From: Clostridia bacterium
GTDB lineage: Bacteria; Bacillota; Clostridia; TANB77; CAG-508
Direction: 5' to 3'
NCBI GenBank assembly: GCA_016290095.1
Contig: JAEESU010000010.1
Span: 155,286-219,285 of the forward strand
Length of the DNA: 64,000 nucleotides
Below, in pieces: positions 49,444-57,532 of this stretch; position 1 is the stretch's first letter, and each line of letters opens with the position of its first letter. The notes under the pieces were generated by a model, which had not been told where the DNA came from, made no database searches, and saw only the letters and a list, made by a program, of their open reading frames with translations. A program made the translations under genes and the position numbers.

Positions 49444-51027
49444 ATGACATATACAGATCCAGTATTTTTATGTGCATTTCTACCAATTGTAATTTTAATC
49501 TATAATGTACTGCCACAAAAACATAGGTGGGGAGTACTATTAGTTTCAAGTTATCTATTTTTCTGGTCTATAAGTAGTAAACTTATAATATATCTACTTA
49601 TAACAACAGGAATTATGTATGTAGCAGGACAATGGATAAATAAAGTACAAGGTGAAAGAGACTTAAAATTAAAAGAAATAGAAAAAGAGCACAAGAAAGA
49701 AATTAAAGCTAAATATAATAAAAAAACAAAAAGTATAGCAGTATTATCTACTATACTTTTACTAAGCATGCTTATTGTTTTGAAGTATTCTAACTTTTTA
49801 GGAACAAATATAAATTCATTATTTGGATTCTTAAAAATTCCAGTAAAGCTAGCAATACCAAAATTCTTAATGCCAATTGGAATTTCATTTTATACATTAC
49901 AAGCAATATCTTATCTAGTAGATGTTTATAAAGAAAAAATAAAAGCAGATAAGAATTTAGGAAGGTTAGCATTATTTATAAGTTTCTTCCCGCAAATAAT
50001 GGAAGGACCAATTTGCAGATATTCAGATACAGCAGAAGATTTGTATAATGGTAAAAAAACAACATATACAAGTTTAACATTTGGCACACAAAGAATACTA
50101 TTTGGAATGATGAAAAAACTTCTAATAGTAGATAGAATAAATCCGGTAATCATCGAAATATTTGATCATTATCCAAATTACGATGGCGGAATTGTAGCAA
50201 TAGGAATGGTTTTATATACACTACAATTATATATGGATTTTTCAGGAGTAATGGATATTGTAATCGGAATAGCAGAAATCTTTGGAGTAAAAATGCCAGA
50301 GAACTTTAAACAACCATTTTTCTCAAAAACAATTTCAGAGTTTTGGACAAGATGGCATATTACACTTGGAACATGGTTTAGAGACTATATATATTATCCA
50401 GTATCACTAACACAAAAATGTAGAGATATAACAGCAAAAGCAAGAAAGAAAATTGGAAATTACTATGGCCCATTAATAGCAAGCATAATAGCACTATTTT
50501 GTGTTTGGGCTTGTAATGGATTATGGCATGGAGATGCATGGAGCTTTATATTCTTTGGAATGTACCATTTTGTATTAATAACAATAGAAAGATTAACAGA
50601 GCCACCAGTAAAGAAATTATTAGAGAAAACAAAAATAAATTCAGATGCATTCCCATATAGATTAATGCAAATGATAAGAACAACAATATTAGTTTTTATT
50701 GGGGAATTGTTCTTTAGAGCAAAAGGATTAAAATCAGGACTAAATATGTTCGGGAAAATGGTTTTTAACTTCTCATTTGCTCAATTTGGAAAAGTATTTG
50801 AAATGGGAATTGATGTACAAGATATAGTATTAGTAGGAGTAGTTGTAGTTGCAATTACAATAATAAGCATATTAAAAGAAAAGAAAATAGATATAAGACA
50901 ATCAATAGCAAATAAAAATGTATTTATAAGATGGACACTATATTATTTGTTAATAGTTGCAATCATATTATTTGGAACATATGGAATAGGAATAGTACAT
51001 CTAGATCCAATATATGCTAATTTTTAG
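49444..51027 (+). CDS. MBOAT-family membrane O-acyltransferase (DltB/AlgI-like)
   Basis: 'FWTRWHITLGTWFRDYIYYPV' contains the MBOAT catalytic His motif. Polytopic; starts 1 nt after the carrier-protein stop. Confidence 0.75.
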   Translation: MTYTDPVFLCAFLPIVILIYNVLPQKHRWGVLLVSSYLFFWSISSKLIIYLLITTGIMYVAGQWINKVQGERDLKLKEIEKEHKKEIKAKYNKKTKSIAVLSTILLLSMLIVLKYSNFLGTNINSLFGFLKIPVKLAIPKFLMPIGISFYTLQAISYLVDVYKEKIKADKNLGRLALFISFFPQIMEGPICRYSDTAEDLYNGKKTTYTSLTFGTQRILFGMMKKLLIVDRINPVIIEIFDHYPNYDGGIVAIGMVLYTLQLYMDFSGVMDIVIGIAEIFGVKMPENFKQPFFSKTISEFWTRWHITLGTWFRDYIYYPVSLTQKCRDITAKARKKIGNYYGPLIASIIALFCVWACNGLWHGDAWSFIFFGMYHFVLITIERLTEPPVKKLLEKTKINSDAFPYRLMQMIRTTILVFIGELFFRAKGLKSGLNMFGKMVFNFSFAQFGKVFEMGIDVQDIVLVGVVVVAITIISILKEKKIDIRQSIANKNVFIRWTLYYLLIVAIILFGTYGIGIVHLDPIYANF

Positions 51028-51042
51028 AGGAAGGAAAAAGGG

Positions 51043-51990
51043 ATGAAGAAATTAATCTTAAGATTTATAATTTTTATATTAATACTTTTCATAATTCTTT
51101 TAATTTTGTCACGCATTTTGCTTCCAAAAAATAATACGGATGAAGCCGGAATGAATAATAGCAGAGCTATGAAGATATTAGGAGAAGAATCTGGTACTGT
51201 AGATATGATTGTATATGGAGATAGTGAAGCATATGCATCAATTATTCCATTACAACTATGGAATGATTATGGATATACATCTTTTGTATGTGCAACATCA
51301 GGGCAAACACTTCCAGACTCATGTAGAATAGCATATGATACTTTAAAGAATCAGAATCCTAAAATTGTTATATTAGAAGCAGATACAATTTATTTGAGTT
51401 CAGAAATTTCTGTTCCAGTCTCAAGAGTTTTATATGAAATTCTACCAATAATGGAATATCATAATAGATGGAAAAGCTTAAGCTTAAATGACTTTATTGG
51501 AAAAATAGAACATACAGGAAGAGATTCTAATAAAGGATATTATTATTTATCAAAAGAAGAACCAGCAGATGATAGCAGATATATGGAAGAATCTGATGAA
51601 ATAGAAAGAATACCACGACTAAATAAAGTCTATGTAAAATTATTAAAGAATTATTGTGAGTTAAAAGGGGCAGAATTTGCAATAGTAAGTGTACCAAGCG
51701 TTAATAACTGGAATTATAAAAGACATAACGCTTTAAAACAATTTGCAGAAGAAGAGGGAATAGAATTTATAGATTTAAATGAAAAGAAAGATGAAATACA
51801 AATAGATTGGTCTAAAGAAACAGCAGATAAAGGAGATCATGTGAATTATCCAGGAGCTAAAAAAGTAACAAAGTATTTAGGTGAGTGGTTAAACAAAAAG
51901 AACATTTTAGAAAATCATAAAGAAGATATAAATTATAACTTTTGGAAAGAAGACTTAAACATTATTATTTCAACAGGAAATTATTATTAA
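51043..51990 (+). CDS. DltD/AlgX-like SGNH-type membrane-anchored protein
   Basis: N-terminal TM, a 'VYGDSEA' (GDS block I) motif, and 'DKGDHVNYPG' (D..H block V-like). Confidence 0.5.
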   Translation: MKKLILRFIIFILILFIILLILSRILLPKNNTDEAGMNNSRAMKILGEESGTVDMIVYGDSEAYASIIPLQLWNDYGYTSFVCATSGQTLPDSCRIAYDTLKNQNPKIVILEADTIYLSSEISVPVSRVLYEILPIMEYHNRWKSLSLNDFIGKIEHTGRDSNKGYYYLSKEEPADDSRYMEESDEIERIPRLNKVYVKLLKNYCELKGAEFAIVSVPSVNNWNYKRHNALKQFAEEEGIEFIDLNEKKDEIQIDWSKETADKGDHVNYPGAKKVTKYLGEWLNKKNILENHKEDINYNFWKEDLNIIISTGNYY

Positions 51991-52013
51991 AATCTCATAT
52001 AACAAGCAATAAA

Positions 52014-52042
52014 TTGATTTTTAATACAAAAAGTGATATAAT
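52014..52042 (+). promoter_or_regulatory. Sigma-A-like promoter with extended -10 (TTGATT-17-tgaTATAAT) in front of GC islet 2
   Basis: Read directly; lies about 70 nt upstream of the ATG at 52114. Confidence 0.45.
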
Positions 52043-52113
52043 TATTGTATCCGGAATTACCCAGGTTGGTTACCACGTAAACACATCAACAAAGGACAGA
52101 GAGGAGCGTTCAA

Positions 52114-52692
52114 ATGAACTACGTGGAATTCTTGATGATGGTGCTTGGTAGCATCTTCAGTCTGCCCGTTAAGGGTATCATCTACGCTGAGGAGCAGTTT
52201 CTCCAGTGGCACATCGTGCTCGGCGGAGTCTACCTTCAGCGGCTCATGCCGACGATCATCACAATCTTGGCGATTTACTTCGTCATCATGACGGTGTTCG
52301 CAAATCGGCAGCATCCCTTCCACGGCGGACATCACCATTTCGGGAACATCCTGCATCACATTTGGCGCTTCGTCGTCACTATCGTGTTTGCGTGGTTTTT
52401 CCTGCTCTATGGTGTCGTGGCTGGGAACAACGAACAGGCACAGAGGAGTGCCACTACGACCTACACTTATAGGAGACGGTTTGGTCGTATGTTCGAAGGT
52501 GTGAATACCTTCACGCGTGTCTCCCTTCATTTCAGGCTCGGCAGATGGTTGTACAACATCCTCTACCGTGTCCTGGGGCACATTCCTGCTCTGGAACGCA
52601 ACGCGCGCGTCCACCGGATTGTTGCCTTGACCATTGCTTTGGTGATCTGTCTCTGGGGTGTGTGGAATATCCCTTATGACCTCACTCACTAA
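52114..52692 (+). CDS. GC-anomalous (~52% GC) four-TM membrane protein with a His cluster (HPFHGGHHHFGNILHH); unknown family
   Basis: AGAGGAG site 8 nt upstream. GC3 in this frame is about 70%, against about 50% at codon position 1. A GC-rich terminator follows immediately. The flanks are about 27% GC. Confidence 0.55.
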   Translation: MNYVEFLMMVLGSIFSLPVKGIIYAEEQFLQWHIVLGGVYLQRLMPTIITILAIYFVIMTVFANRQHPFHGGHHHFGNILHHIWRFVVTIVFAWFFLLYGVVAGNNEQAQRSATTTYTYRRRFGRMFEGVNTFTRVSLHFRLGRWLYNILYRVLGHIPALERNARVHRIVALTIALVICLWGVWNIPYDLTH

Positions 52693-52699
52693 GGCATAT

Positions 52700-52743
52700 A
52701 AAACACCATATCGATGTGAATCGAGATGGTGTTTTATTTTTTT
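52700..52743 (+). terminator. GC-rich rho-independent terminator
   Basis: Stem aaaacaccatatcga / tcgagatggtgtttt followed by attttttt. Confidence 0.7.
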
Positions 52744-52803
52744 CTTGAATTAAAAAAATATATATAATATAATTACCTAGGAATAAATATAAAGGAGAAA
52801 AAA

Positions 52804-53991
52804 ATGTACGAAGTATACGCTGATTTACATATTCACATAGGAAGAAGTGAAAATAATAAACCTATAAAAATAACAGCAGCTAAAAGCTTAAATTTTGCAA
52901 ATATTGCTAAAGAATGCTATGAAAGAAAAGGAATAAATTTAGTAGGAATTATTGATTGTGCATCACCATATGTTATAGAAGATATTGAAAAATTCCTAAA
53001 GACTGGTGAAGCATATGAAATAGAAGATGGTGGAATAATATATAAAGACAAAGTTTGCATTATTTTAGGAAGCGAAATAGAAACTGCTGAAATTAATGAT
53101 GATGGGAAAACAGGAAGTGCACATAACTTATGTTATTTTCCAAAATTATCTGATATAAAAGCATTTTCAAATGAAATGTCACATCATATAAAAAATATAA
53201 CTCTAAGTTCTCAAAGAGCTGATATTTCTGCATATGATTTAATTGATATTGTTGAAAAATATAATGGAGTTTTAGTACCAGCACATTGTTTTACACCTTA
53301 TAAAAGTTTTTATGGAAACTGTACAAGTTCTTTAAAAAGAATTTTTAAAGAGAAATATGATAGAATACCTGCTATAGAATTAGGATTAAGTTCTGATACA
53401 TTTTTAGCTGACAAAATAAGTGAACTTGAAACAAAAACATTTTTAACGAACTCTGATGCTCATTCATTACCAAGAATAGCAAGAGAATATAATAAAATGC
53501 AACTAGGTGGAATAAGTTTTAAAGAGTTTTTAATGTGCTTAAAAAACGAAAATGGAAGAAAAATATTAGCTAACTACGGATTAGATCCTAAACTTGGAAA
53601 ATATCACAGAACTTATTGTGAAGTGTGTGGTAAAAGAATACCAGGGATAGCACCTGTTACAAGATGCGATACTTGTGATAGTAGAAATATTACTATGGGC
53701 GTTTATGATAGAATTGAGATAATTAAAGATAAAAAAGAAACAAAAAGTCCAGCTACTAGACCACAATATATTTATCAATATCCATTGACATTTATTCCTG
53801 GAGTTGGAGGAAAGACAATTGACAAATTATTAGATAAGTTTGGAACAGAAATGACAATCCTTCACAAATTATCAAATGATGATATTGAAGCTGTAGTAGG
53901 AGAAAAAATAGCTAAAAATATCATTGCTGCTAGGGATGGAAAAATGCATGTCATCGAAGGCGGTGGCGGAGTTTACGGAAAAGTGGAATAA
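52804..53991 (+). CDS. PHP-domain protein with a CxxC...CxxC zinc finger, endonuclease-Q-like
   Basis: N-terminal 'ADLHIHIGRS' PHP metal-binding motif, 'NSDAHS', Zn finger 'CEVCGKRIPGIAPVTRCDTCDS', and a C-terminal HhH-like 'IPGVGGKTIDKLL'. Confidence 0.5.
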   Translation: MYEVYADLHIHIGRSENNKPIKITAAKSLNFANIAKECYERKGINLVGIIDCASPYVIEDIEKFLKTGEAYEIEDGGIIYKDKVCIILGSEIETAEINDDGKTGSAHNLCYFPKLSDIKAFSNEMSHHIKNITLSSQRADISAYDLIDIVEKYNGVLVPAHCFTPYKSFYGNCTSSLKRIFKEKYDRIPAIELGLSSDTFLADKISELETKTFLTNSDAHSLPRIAREYNKMQLGGISFKEFLMCLKNENGRKILANYGLDPKLGKYHRTYCEVCGKRIPGIAPVTRCDTCDSRNITMGVYDRIEIIKDKKETKSPATRPQYIYQYPLTFIPGVGGKTIDKLLDKFGTEMTILHKLSNDDIEAVVGEKIAKNIIAARDGKMHVIEGGGGVYGKVE

Positions 53992-54019
53992 ATCTTACAT
54001 AGTTGAATAGAATTTTTGC

Positions 54020-54628
54020 ATGAGAAAGATTCTATTCAACTATTTATTATTAAACAAGAAAAATTTTATAATTTTATTAATTTTATTTTTTATTGGAGTA
54101 GGTTTGGGGATTTTATTAATTAACTACTCTAGTCAAGAAGGGAAAATAGAATTAAACAATGAAATAACACAAATAAGAGATATTATTAAGAATTCCAATG
54201 AAATCAATTATTTAAATCTATTTAGATTGAGTTTGCAAAGAAATTGCACGATTATACTTATAGTTTGGTTTTTAGGGTGTACAATAATTGGTGGAATTCT
54301 TATCTATTTTTATATTATTTATCAAGGTTTTCTTATTGGATATACAATTTCAGCTTTTATAGCGGTTTTAGGAATTAGAAATGGAATTATTTTTTCCGTA
54401 GCTACATTATTATTACAAAACATTATTTTTCTGCCAGCATTATTTCTGGTAGCAGAAAAAGGTATAAAAGTGTACAAATCAATTTATACTAGATGTATTA
54501 ATTTAAAAGAAGAATTAGTGAAACATACTTTAATTATGTTGATTTCAATTATGTTATCTACAATATCAAGTTTTTTTGAAGTTTATGTTTCTATTAATTT
54601 TCTAATGTTTTTTAAAGAAATTATTTAA
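54020..54628 (+). CDS. spoIIM: Stage II sporulation protein M
   Basis: Collinear with B. subtilis SpoIIM ('LILFFIGVGLGILLIN' vs 'IVLFLIGVIFGAIIVN'; 'LLQNIIFLPALFLVA' vs 'VFPQNFIMVPAFIIMA'). Adjacent to xerD, as in Bacillus and Clostridium. Confidence 0.65.
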   Translation: MRKILFNYLLLNKKNFIILLILFFIGVGLGILLINYSSQEGKIELNNEITQIRDIIKNSNEINYLNLFRLSLQRNCTIILIVWFLGCTIIGGILIYFYIIYQGFLIGYTISAFIAVLGIRNGIIFSVATLLLQNIIFLPALFLVAEKGIKVYKSIYTRCINLKEELVKHTLIMLISIMLSTISSFFEVYVSINFLMFFKEII

Positions 54629-54722
54629 AAATACTTTACATTTTTTAACATATTTGATATAACATAAGTGTCTTATGTAAATTAAATTTATATAAAATAA
54701 AACATATATGGGGAGAGCGCAA

Positions 54723-55601
54723 ATGGATAAACAAATTAAACTTTTTTTAGAATTTCTTGAGAATGACAAAAAACTATCACTTAATACTTTACAATCATAC
54801 AAAAGAGATATTATACAATATCAAGAATACATGGATAAAAATGGTTTAAATTATTTAAAAGTTGATCAAAATGATATAAATGAATATTTTGAGGGTTTAA
54901 AAGAAAATGATAAAAAAACATCAACTATATCAAGAAACTTAGCTACAATTAGATCTTTTTATCAATATCTTTTAAGAGTAAAAAAGATAAAAAAGGATCC
55001 AACAATTGGTGTTCAATCTCCAAAAGTTCAAAAGAAGGTTCCTAATATTTTAACAGCAAAAGAAGTGGAATTGCTATTAGATCAGCCTAAAAATATAGAT
55101 TTAAAAGGTATAAGAGATAAAGCAATGCTTGAATTTGCATATGCTACAGGAATGAGAGTTACTGAAATTATTTCATTAAACATTGAAGATGTTAATTTAA
55201 TACAAAACTATGTAGTATGTAATACAGGTAAGAAAAGAAATATTCCATTAGGGTCAATTTCTGCAAGAGCACTTGGAGAATATATTGAAAAAGCAAGACC
55301 AATTTTAATTAAAGATGAAAATGTTAAAGCTTTATTTGTCAATATAAATGGAAAGAGATTAACAAGACAAGGATTTTGGAAAATAGTTAAATATTATAAA
55401 GAACAAGCTCATATCACAAAAGATATTACACCACATGTATTAAGACATTCTTTTGCAACACATCTTTTACAAAATGGAGCTGACTTAAAAGCAATACAAA
55501 CAATGTTGGGACATTCTGATATTTCCTCAACACAAGTTTACATGCAATTTCAAAATGAAAATTTAAAAGACATTTATAAAAAAGCTCATCCAAGAGCATA
55601 A
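54723..55601 (+). CDS. xerD: Tyrosine recombinase XerD (chromosome dimer resolution)
   Basis: 'HVLRHSFATHLLQNGADLKAIQTMLGHSDISSTQVY' RHRY box. Start set at the ATG after the ggggagag site. Confidence 0.85.
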   Translation: MDKQIKLFLEFLENDKKLSLNTLQSYKRDIIQYQEYMDKNGLNYLKVDQNDINEYFEGLKENDKKTSTISRNLATIRSFYQYLLRVKKIKKDPTIGVQSPKVQKKVPNILTAKEVELLLDQPKNIDLKGIRDKAMLEFAYATGMRVTEIISLNIEDVNLIQNYVVCNTGKKRNIPLGSISARALGEYIEKARPILIKDENVKALFVNINGKRLTRQGFWKIVKYYKEQAHITKDITPHVLRHSFATHLLQNGADLKAIQTMLGHSDISSTQVYMQFQNENLKDIYKKAHPRA

Positions 55602-55602
55602 A

Positions 55603-55637
55603 ATCAATCCTCAACATTGGTTGAGGATTATTTTTTT
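55603..55637 (+). terminator. Rho-independent terminator after xerD
   Basis: Stem aatcctcaac / ttgaggatt followed by atttttttt. Confidence 0.7.
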
Positions 55638-55713
55638 GAAATGACTTGATAAAAAAAAATATTATGTGTAAAATAATATTGTTAAAACAAAAGTTAAAAA
55701 TTAGGAGGAAAAT

Positions 55714-55980
55714 ATGAATAGCCAAAATGGAACAACACTAGTTGCCTTAATTGTAGTAATGTTTCTAATGTTAATTTTAGCAGGAATATCTATTTCTCTT
55801 GTAGTTACTTCAGACCAACAAAAAGGTAATCAAGGAGTTAAAACGTCAGTTCCTTTAATAATAGATGATATAGAAGAACCTTCTACTGAAAATACAGAAG
55901 AAATCGAACAAACAGAAGAAAATAATATAGCTGAGAATTTAGAGGATAATAGTATAGTAGAAAATACTGTGGTTGAGTAA
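55714..55980 (+). CDS. Small membrane-anchored hypothetical protein (pilin-like N-terminus without the canonical prepilin motif)
   Basis: AGGAGG RBS; 'TLVALIVVMFLMLILAGISISLVV' TM; acidic C-terminus. Confidence 0.4.
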   Translation: MNSQNGTTLVALIVVMFLMLILAGISISLVVTSDQQKGNQGVKTSVPLIIDDIEEPSTENTEEIEQTEENNIAENLEDNSIVENTVVE

Positions 55981-55981
55981 A

Positions 55982-56464
55982 ATGTTAAATATTAATATTA
56001 TATGTGTTGGAAAGATAAAAGAAAACTACTTAAAAGATGCAATTAATGAATATTCAAAAAGATTATCTAAATATTGTAATTTAAAAATTATAGAAGTTTC
56101 TGATGAAAAATTACCTGCAAAATTAAATGAAAGTACAATAACTGAAACCAAAGAAAAAGAGTGCTGTAAAATTATGGAACATCTTAAAAAAGACTCATAC
56201 GTATTAGCGCTAGATTTATTAGGTAAAGAGTTTTCATCAGAACAATTTTCTGAAAAAATAGAAAACACAAAAGTCAAAGGATTTAGTACTATATCTTTTA
56301 TTATAGGTGGAACTCTAGGATTAAATGATTCTGTAAGAAACAGTGCAAATGAATTAATAAGTTTTTCTAAAATGACTTTTCCACACCAATTAATAAGAGT
56401 GTTTCTTTTAGAACAGCTATTTAGGGCTTTTAAAATATCAAATAATGAGACATATCATTGGTAA
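55982..56464 (+). CDS. rlmH: 23S rRNA (pseudouridine1915-N3)-methyltransferase RlmH
   Basis: 'MLNINIICVGKIKE.YL...I.EY.KRL' and 'LSFSKMTFPHQLIRVFLLEQLFRAF' are collinear with B. subtilis RlmH. Confidence 0.85.
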   Translation: MLNINIICVGKIKENYLKDAINEYSKRLSKYCNLKIIEVSDEKLPAKLNESTITETKEKECCKIMEHLKKDSYVLALDLLGKEFSSEQFSEKIENTKVKGFSTISFIIGGTLGLNDSVRNSANELISFSKMTFPHQLIRVFLLEQLFRAFKISNNETYHW

Positions 56465-56496
56465 AATGCTAATTTAAATTAGCATTTTTTATTTTG
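56464..56496 (+). terminator. Rho-independent terminator after rlmH
   Basis: Stem aaatgctaatt / aattagcattt followed by a T-run. Confidence 0.65.
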
Positions 56497-56511
56497 AAAT
56501 TTTAGATCAAT

Positions 56512-56540
56512 TTGACATAATATTCGAAAAATATTATAAT
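56512..56540 (+). promoter_or_regulatory. Perfect-consensus sigma-A promoter (TTGACA-17-TATAAT) driving GC islet 3
   Basis: ttgaca at 56512-17, a 17-nt spacer, then tataat at 56535-40. It is followed by a short hairpin (gccagtaaatctggc) and a GGAGG RBS. Confidence 0.55.
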
Positions 56541-56590
56541 TAAAGTATGCCAGTAAATCTGGCAAATAATTTATTGGAGGTATAACCACC

Positions 56591-57403
56591 ATGACAATCC
56601 GGAAGAGTACACTGGTTCTAGTAGCTGTGATTCTGGCTATCGCCACATTCGCTTGCACTGCATGCGCATTGGCCGATGACTATGAATACAACTGCGTAAT
56701 TGTCGATTTTATCGACGCAGCAAACATTCGCGACACTGCAAACAAGAACAAAGTGCTGGGCTCTATTCCAGCAGGAACACCAATTTACGTTGTTGAACCT
56801 GGAACTTTCTTTTCTAAAGTCGAGTACGAAGGTTGCATTGTTTTGGTTTTCACTGAATATATCCAAGAGATTGAACCAGGAACTGTTTTCCATAAACCGA
56901 AAAAGGCTCCTGAAAAGCTTTACACACTTGAAGGCACTACTCCATATCGGGTAAAACTGAACATGGGAACGTGGATCAATGTGCGAAGGTCAAAGAGTCT
57001 TGATGCTGGTTCGTCTGGCCAGCTCTATCGTGGCGATTTCGTCTATGTTCGGAAGATCACATCTGACGGCTGGGCGACAATCATCTACAACAATCGTGCA
57101 CGGTATATTGAGAGCAAATGGCTTGAACTTGTGACTGATGAAATGGAAGTTCTCGAAACTCCGGTCGGAAGTTACAAACTGGTAAATCCCAGAAATGATG
57201 GAACGCACACTGTGTATCTGCGTAAAGAAGCATCGGTGTATGCTGATATCCGAACCAAAGTAACATTCGGTACTGTTGTTGAGGTCCTGGAGGACTATGG
57301 TGCATGGGCATTGGTAAACATTCCTTCGATTGAAAAACAAGGCTATATGATGACGTTCTACATGGAGCCTTACGAGGGAGAAGAGATCACTGCCAACAAT
57401 TGA
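56591..57403 (+). CDS. GC-anomalous (~46% GC) secreted protein with three bacterial SH3 (SH3b-like) repeats
   Basis: Signal peptide '...ACALA|DD'. Three repeats of the '.N(I/V)R......(V/L)G......V.V.E..G.WA.V' type (ANIRDT..., INVRRSK...DGWATI, VYLRKEA...YGAWALV). Own promoter, RBS and GC-rich terminator. Confidence 0.55.
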   Translation: MTIRKSTLVLVAVILAIATFACTACALADDYEYNCVIVDFIDAANIRDTANKNKVLGSIPAGTPIYVVEPGTFFSKVEYEGCIVLVFTEYIQEIEPGTVFHKPKKAPEKLYTLEGTTPYRVKLNMGTWINVRRSKSLDAGSSGQLYRGDFVYVRKITSDGWATIIYNNRARYIESKWLELVTDEMEVLETPVGSYKLVNPRNDGTHTVYLRKEASVYADIRTKVTFGTVVEVLEDYGAWALVNIPSIEKQGYMMTFYMEPYEGEEITANN

Positions 57404-57433
57404 ATACTCCAAGAAAACCACTGAAATATGTGG

Positions 57434-57470
57434 ATTCCGGGCTGCTTTGCGGTCCGGAATTTTTATATTT
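57434..57470 (+). terminator. GC-rich rho-independent terminator closing islet 3
   Basis: ttccgggctgctttgcggtccggaa followed by tttttatatttt. Confidence 0.65.
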
Positions 57471-57532
57471 TATTTCCTTGCCTAGAAAAATATTATATGA
57501 TATAATTTTTTTGGATTTTTAGGAGAAGTTTT

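Noticed and set aside
52206-52472. 88-aa Arg-rich alternate-frame ORF inside islet 2, and ORF 51942-52151 spanning the AT/GC junction
   Set aside because: Both are alternate frames of a high-GC segment without translation signals. 51942-52151 merely reads through the junction.
52057-52689. 210-aa minus-strand ORF covering GC islet 2
   Set aside because: The minus frame's third codon positions coincide with the plus frame's first positions (~50% GC), whereas the plus frame has GC3 of about 70%. It has no RBS at its start, and its start sits inside the plus-strand terminator. It is a GC-rich shadow ORF.
54723-55601. XerD as a marker of an integrative mobile element flanked by islets 2 and 3
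   Set aside because: It is the only recombinase present. It has the full RHRY motif of chromosomal XerD and sits next to spoIIM and rlmH in the conserved Bacillus/Clostridium arrangement. No att-like repeats were found, so it is treated as housekeeping.
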